A DNA stretch of 64,000 nt from the human T2T-CHM13v2.0 reference genome, Homo sapiens, in assembly GCF_009914755.1 (NCBI RefSeq), contig NC_060927.1. The stretch is one strand, 5' to 3'. The translations under genes and the position numbers were made by a program. This document shows positions 61,800 through 64,000 of this stretch, in pieces; the first letter of the stretch is position 1, and every line of letters starts with the position of its first letter. Below the pieces are notes generated by a model, which was given only the letters and a program-made list of their open reading frames with translations, was not told the DNA's origin and searched no databases.

Positions 61800-64000
61800 G
61801 AGAGAGAAAATACTAAGACCACAAAGCCAACAAGAGGCAGACTGGGAATGAAACTATAGATTTTAACATTTTATTATAATTACTATGATTTTCTCAATCA
61901 AAAATTCAAATAGGAGATCTTATTATAGAATACTTGAACTCAGACTGTTCCAGAAATCTACTTATATTATGCTAAAACTTACAGCTAAAATCGAAACAAA
62001 ATCCTGAAAGAAGTGATTTTTTAAAACAAAGCCTTTCCTCTGGATTTTATGCATCTATTCTTAATAGTCTCAAGTAGGAGAAGAGGAACATGTTTTAGAG
62101 TAAGGCTGACCTGAGTTTCAGTAGCATCTCTACCATCTATTAGCTTTGTGACCCTGGATATCCACTTTCTTCACCCCACTAAATTTCAATATCTTCATCT
62201 ATGTAATGGGAAAGCAATACCTCCTCAAAAGTCTATGTGAAGTTCCTGGCCCTGAGAAGATGATTAGTAAATGATTAACTACCGTAAAAATCATGCCATG
62301 GTACCGACCACTTGGTCTGTAGGTTAGGTGACGGCTTGTTTCTTTCCTGCCTTCTCCAGCATCTGCATACCCCCTTTTCTGCATCTGTTCAATGGGGACA
62401 CAAACCAGTCTCTATCGAACCTCACCAGGGAATGAAGATAACAAAAGAGCTGGCAGAGACATTATGCTAATACCAAATATTATTAAAACATTAATGAACT
62501 CTGGCAATTTCCCTGAATTTTGATAAATGGTGTTTATTATGCACTGCCAGCCTTTCGCACAGTCTGGGCTCTCAAATATTAACTAGATAATAACACCAAT
62601 CATTCTCCTAAAAGACCAAGGTACAGAGGAATAAGAAGTGAATCTAGACAATTGCAGCTAACATCTGCCTCCAAAAAAAAATCAGAATCTCTGTACAAAC
62701 AGAGAGCATCAGGACAGACCCCAGAGACCACAGTGACCACCAGCAAGCTCAGATCAACCCCACAGCCTGTGCAGAACCCTACTTTGATAAGACAGTGGAG
62801 TGTCTTGGTGTTGACAGGTCATTGATTATGACAGCTGTCTACCACCTCCTTGCTCTTCAGTGTAAAATTCCTCCAAACTAGACAAAATGAAAAGGATCTG
62901 TGAAGCTGGAGGGGCTTCAGACTTGGCTAACAATCTTACACAAAAAGAGAGTAACATGCCTCACCCCTGCCAACTGCCTGAAACATGAGGCAGTATTTTT
63001 CTCAGCTCCACTAAAGAGGCTTGCACCCAATTCGTGGTTGGCCACTTCATTCTGTGTGAGGGGATAATATCTGTAAGCTGCTAACAATCCCCAGGTGCAG
63101 CTCAGATACAGAACAAAGCCAAGAGGACTGGCCACCCTCCACCCCCCCGCCCTGAAATGAGGGCCTGGTACCACCCAAGTAACACCTTAACAAGCTAGGG
63201 GTCATTAAGAGACTTCATTTGCATAGTCATCAAAGAACCAAAGCTATGGCAAGTGAAACAAAGTGTATAAAAAAAATGATTTTGTTCTTTAAGCCAAGCC
63301 AAAATCTGCTTTAGAAAAAGTAAATCCACATAGGAACCCTTGCTGTCGCCAAACCTCCACTTGTGTAGAGCAGCCAGCATCTCATTAAAGGAAAGCAAGG
63401 AACTCGCAAATGAATGCAGCACCACACACAGGCAAGCAAGCTCATTTCGCCATCTGCCTTCTAGTGTCCAGAGGGGCAAAAGGCTTAAATGACACTCTCT
63501 TGAATCTTCTCTCCTGCAGGTGGAAATGCTAAATTCCCAGGGGGCAAGAAAGACTGCTTGCAAGGTCAACTGGGTAAAAAGGAATAGAAGCAAATCTAGT
63601 TTACCTGTCAACACAATGCCACCCATGGCATTAAACACATGCAAAAATTAAGCACCCTAGAATAATTTACTTTTTTATATTTGGATAAAAGCTTTGCTGA
63701 TTCAGTGTATCAGCTTTGGAGTTAAGCACAGAAGTTCCTCATGAGCCAGGCACTTAAATTTACCCTCCCTACATTATCCCATTTCCTGACCCATGACTAC
63801 CCTAACTGGTGGTGACCCAGTACCTTCTTCTAGTAAATGACCTACGCAAGTGACATCAGAACTGATCTGGGGGCTGTATTAACACAATGGCAGACTTCCA
63901 TTATTTATGCCACAGAGAAAGGCTATGATTAACTAAACAACTTAAGTAACTGCGCTCAGCCTTCTGTGTGTGGCCCCACCTTCCTGACAATCACTGTGTT

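Noticed and set aside
63440-63480. CTCF-like motifs (cgccatctgc, ccagaggggc)
   Set aside because: Only partial cores; spacing and 5' half do not fit the consensus.

Overview
Primate (most likely human) non-coding genomic DNA. I found no protein-coding exon, RNA gene, CpG island or prokaryotic system. About 41 Alu-derived segments (FAM, FLAM, J, S and Y types; roughly 11 kb by my coordinate tally) sit among older elements: an internally deleted Tigger1, MaLR/ERVL solo LTRs, MER5A/MER119/MER102-like hAT elements, L2, L3/CR1, short L1M 3' ends and many MIRs. The supplied ORFs are Alu read-throughs, low-complexity translations or chance frames; the only real coding signal is the dead Tigger1 transposase. 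A visible A>T excess on the + strand suggests a large intron of a minus-strand gene, which I cannot name. Several repeat-free blocks look like enhancers. I found no convincing novel biological system. The best signals are mutational: apparent gene conversion between nested Alus, two templated-insertion repair scars, a trimeric Alu, a left-monomer-only AluY with its own target-site duplication (TSD), and closely spaced inverted Alus. Subfamily calls come from recalled consensus sequences, and boundaries of old repeats are approximate.
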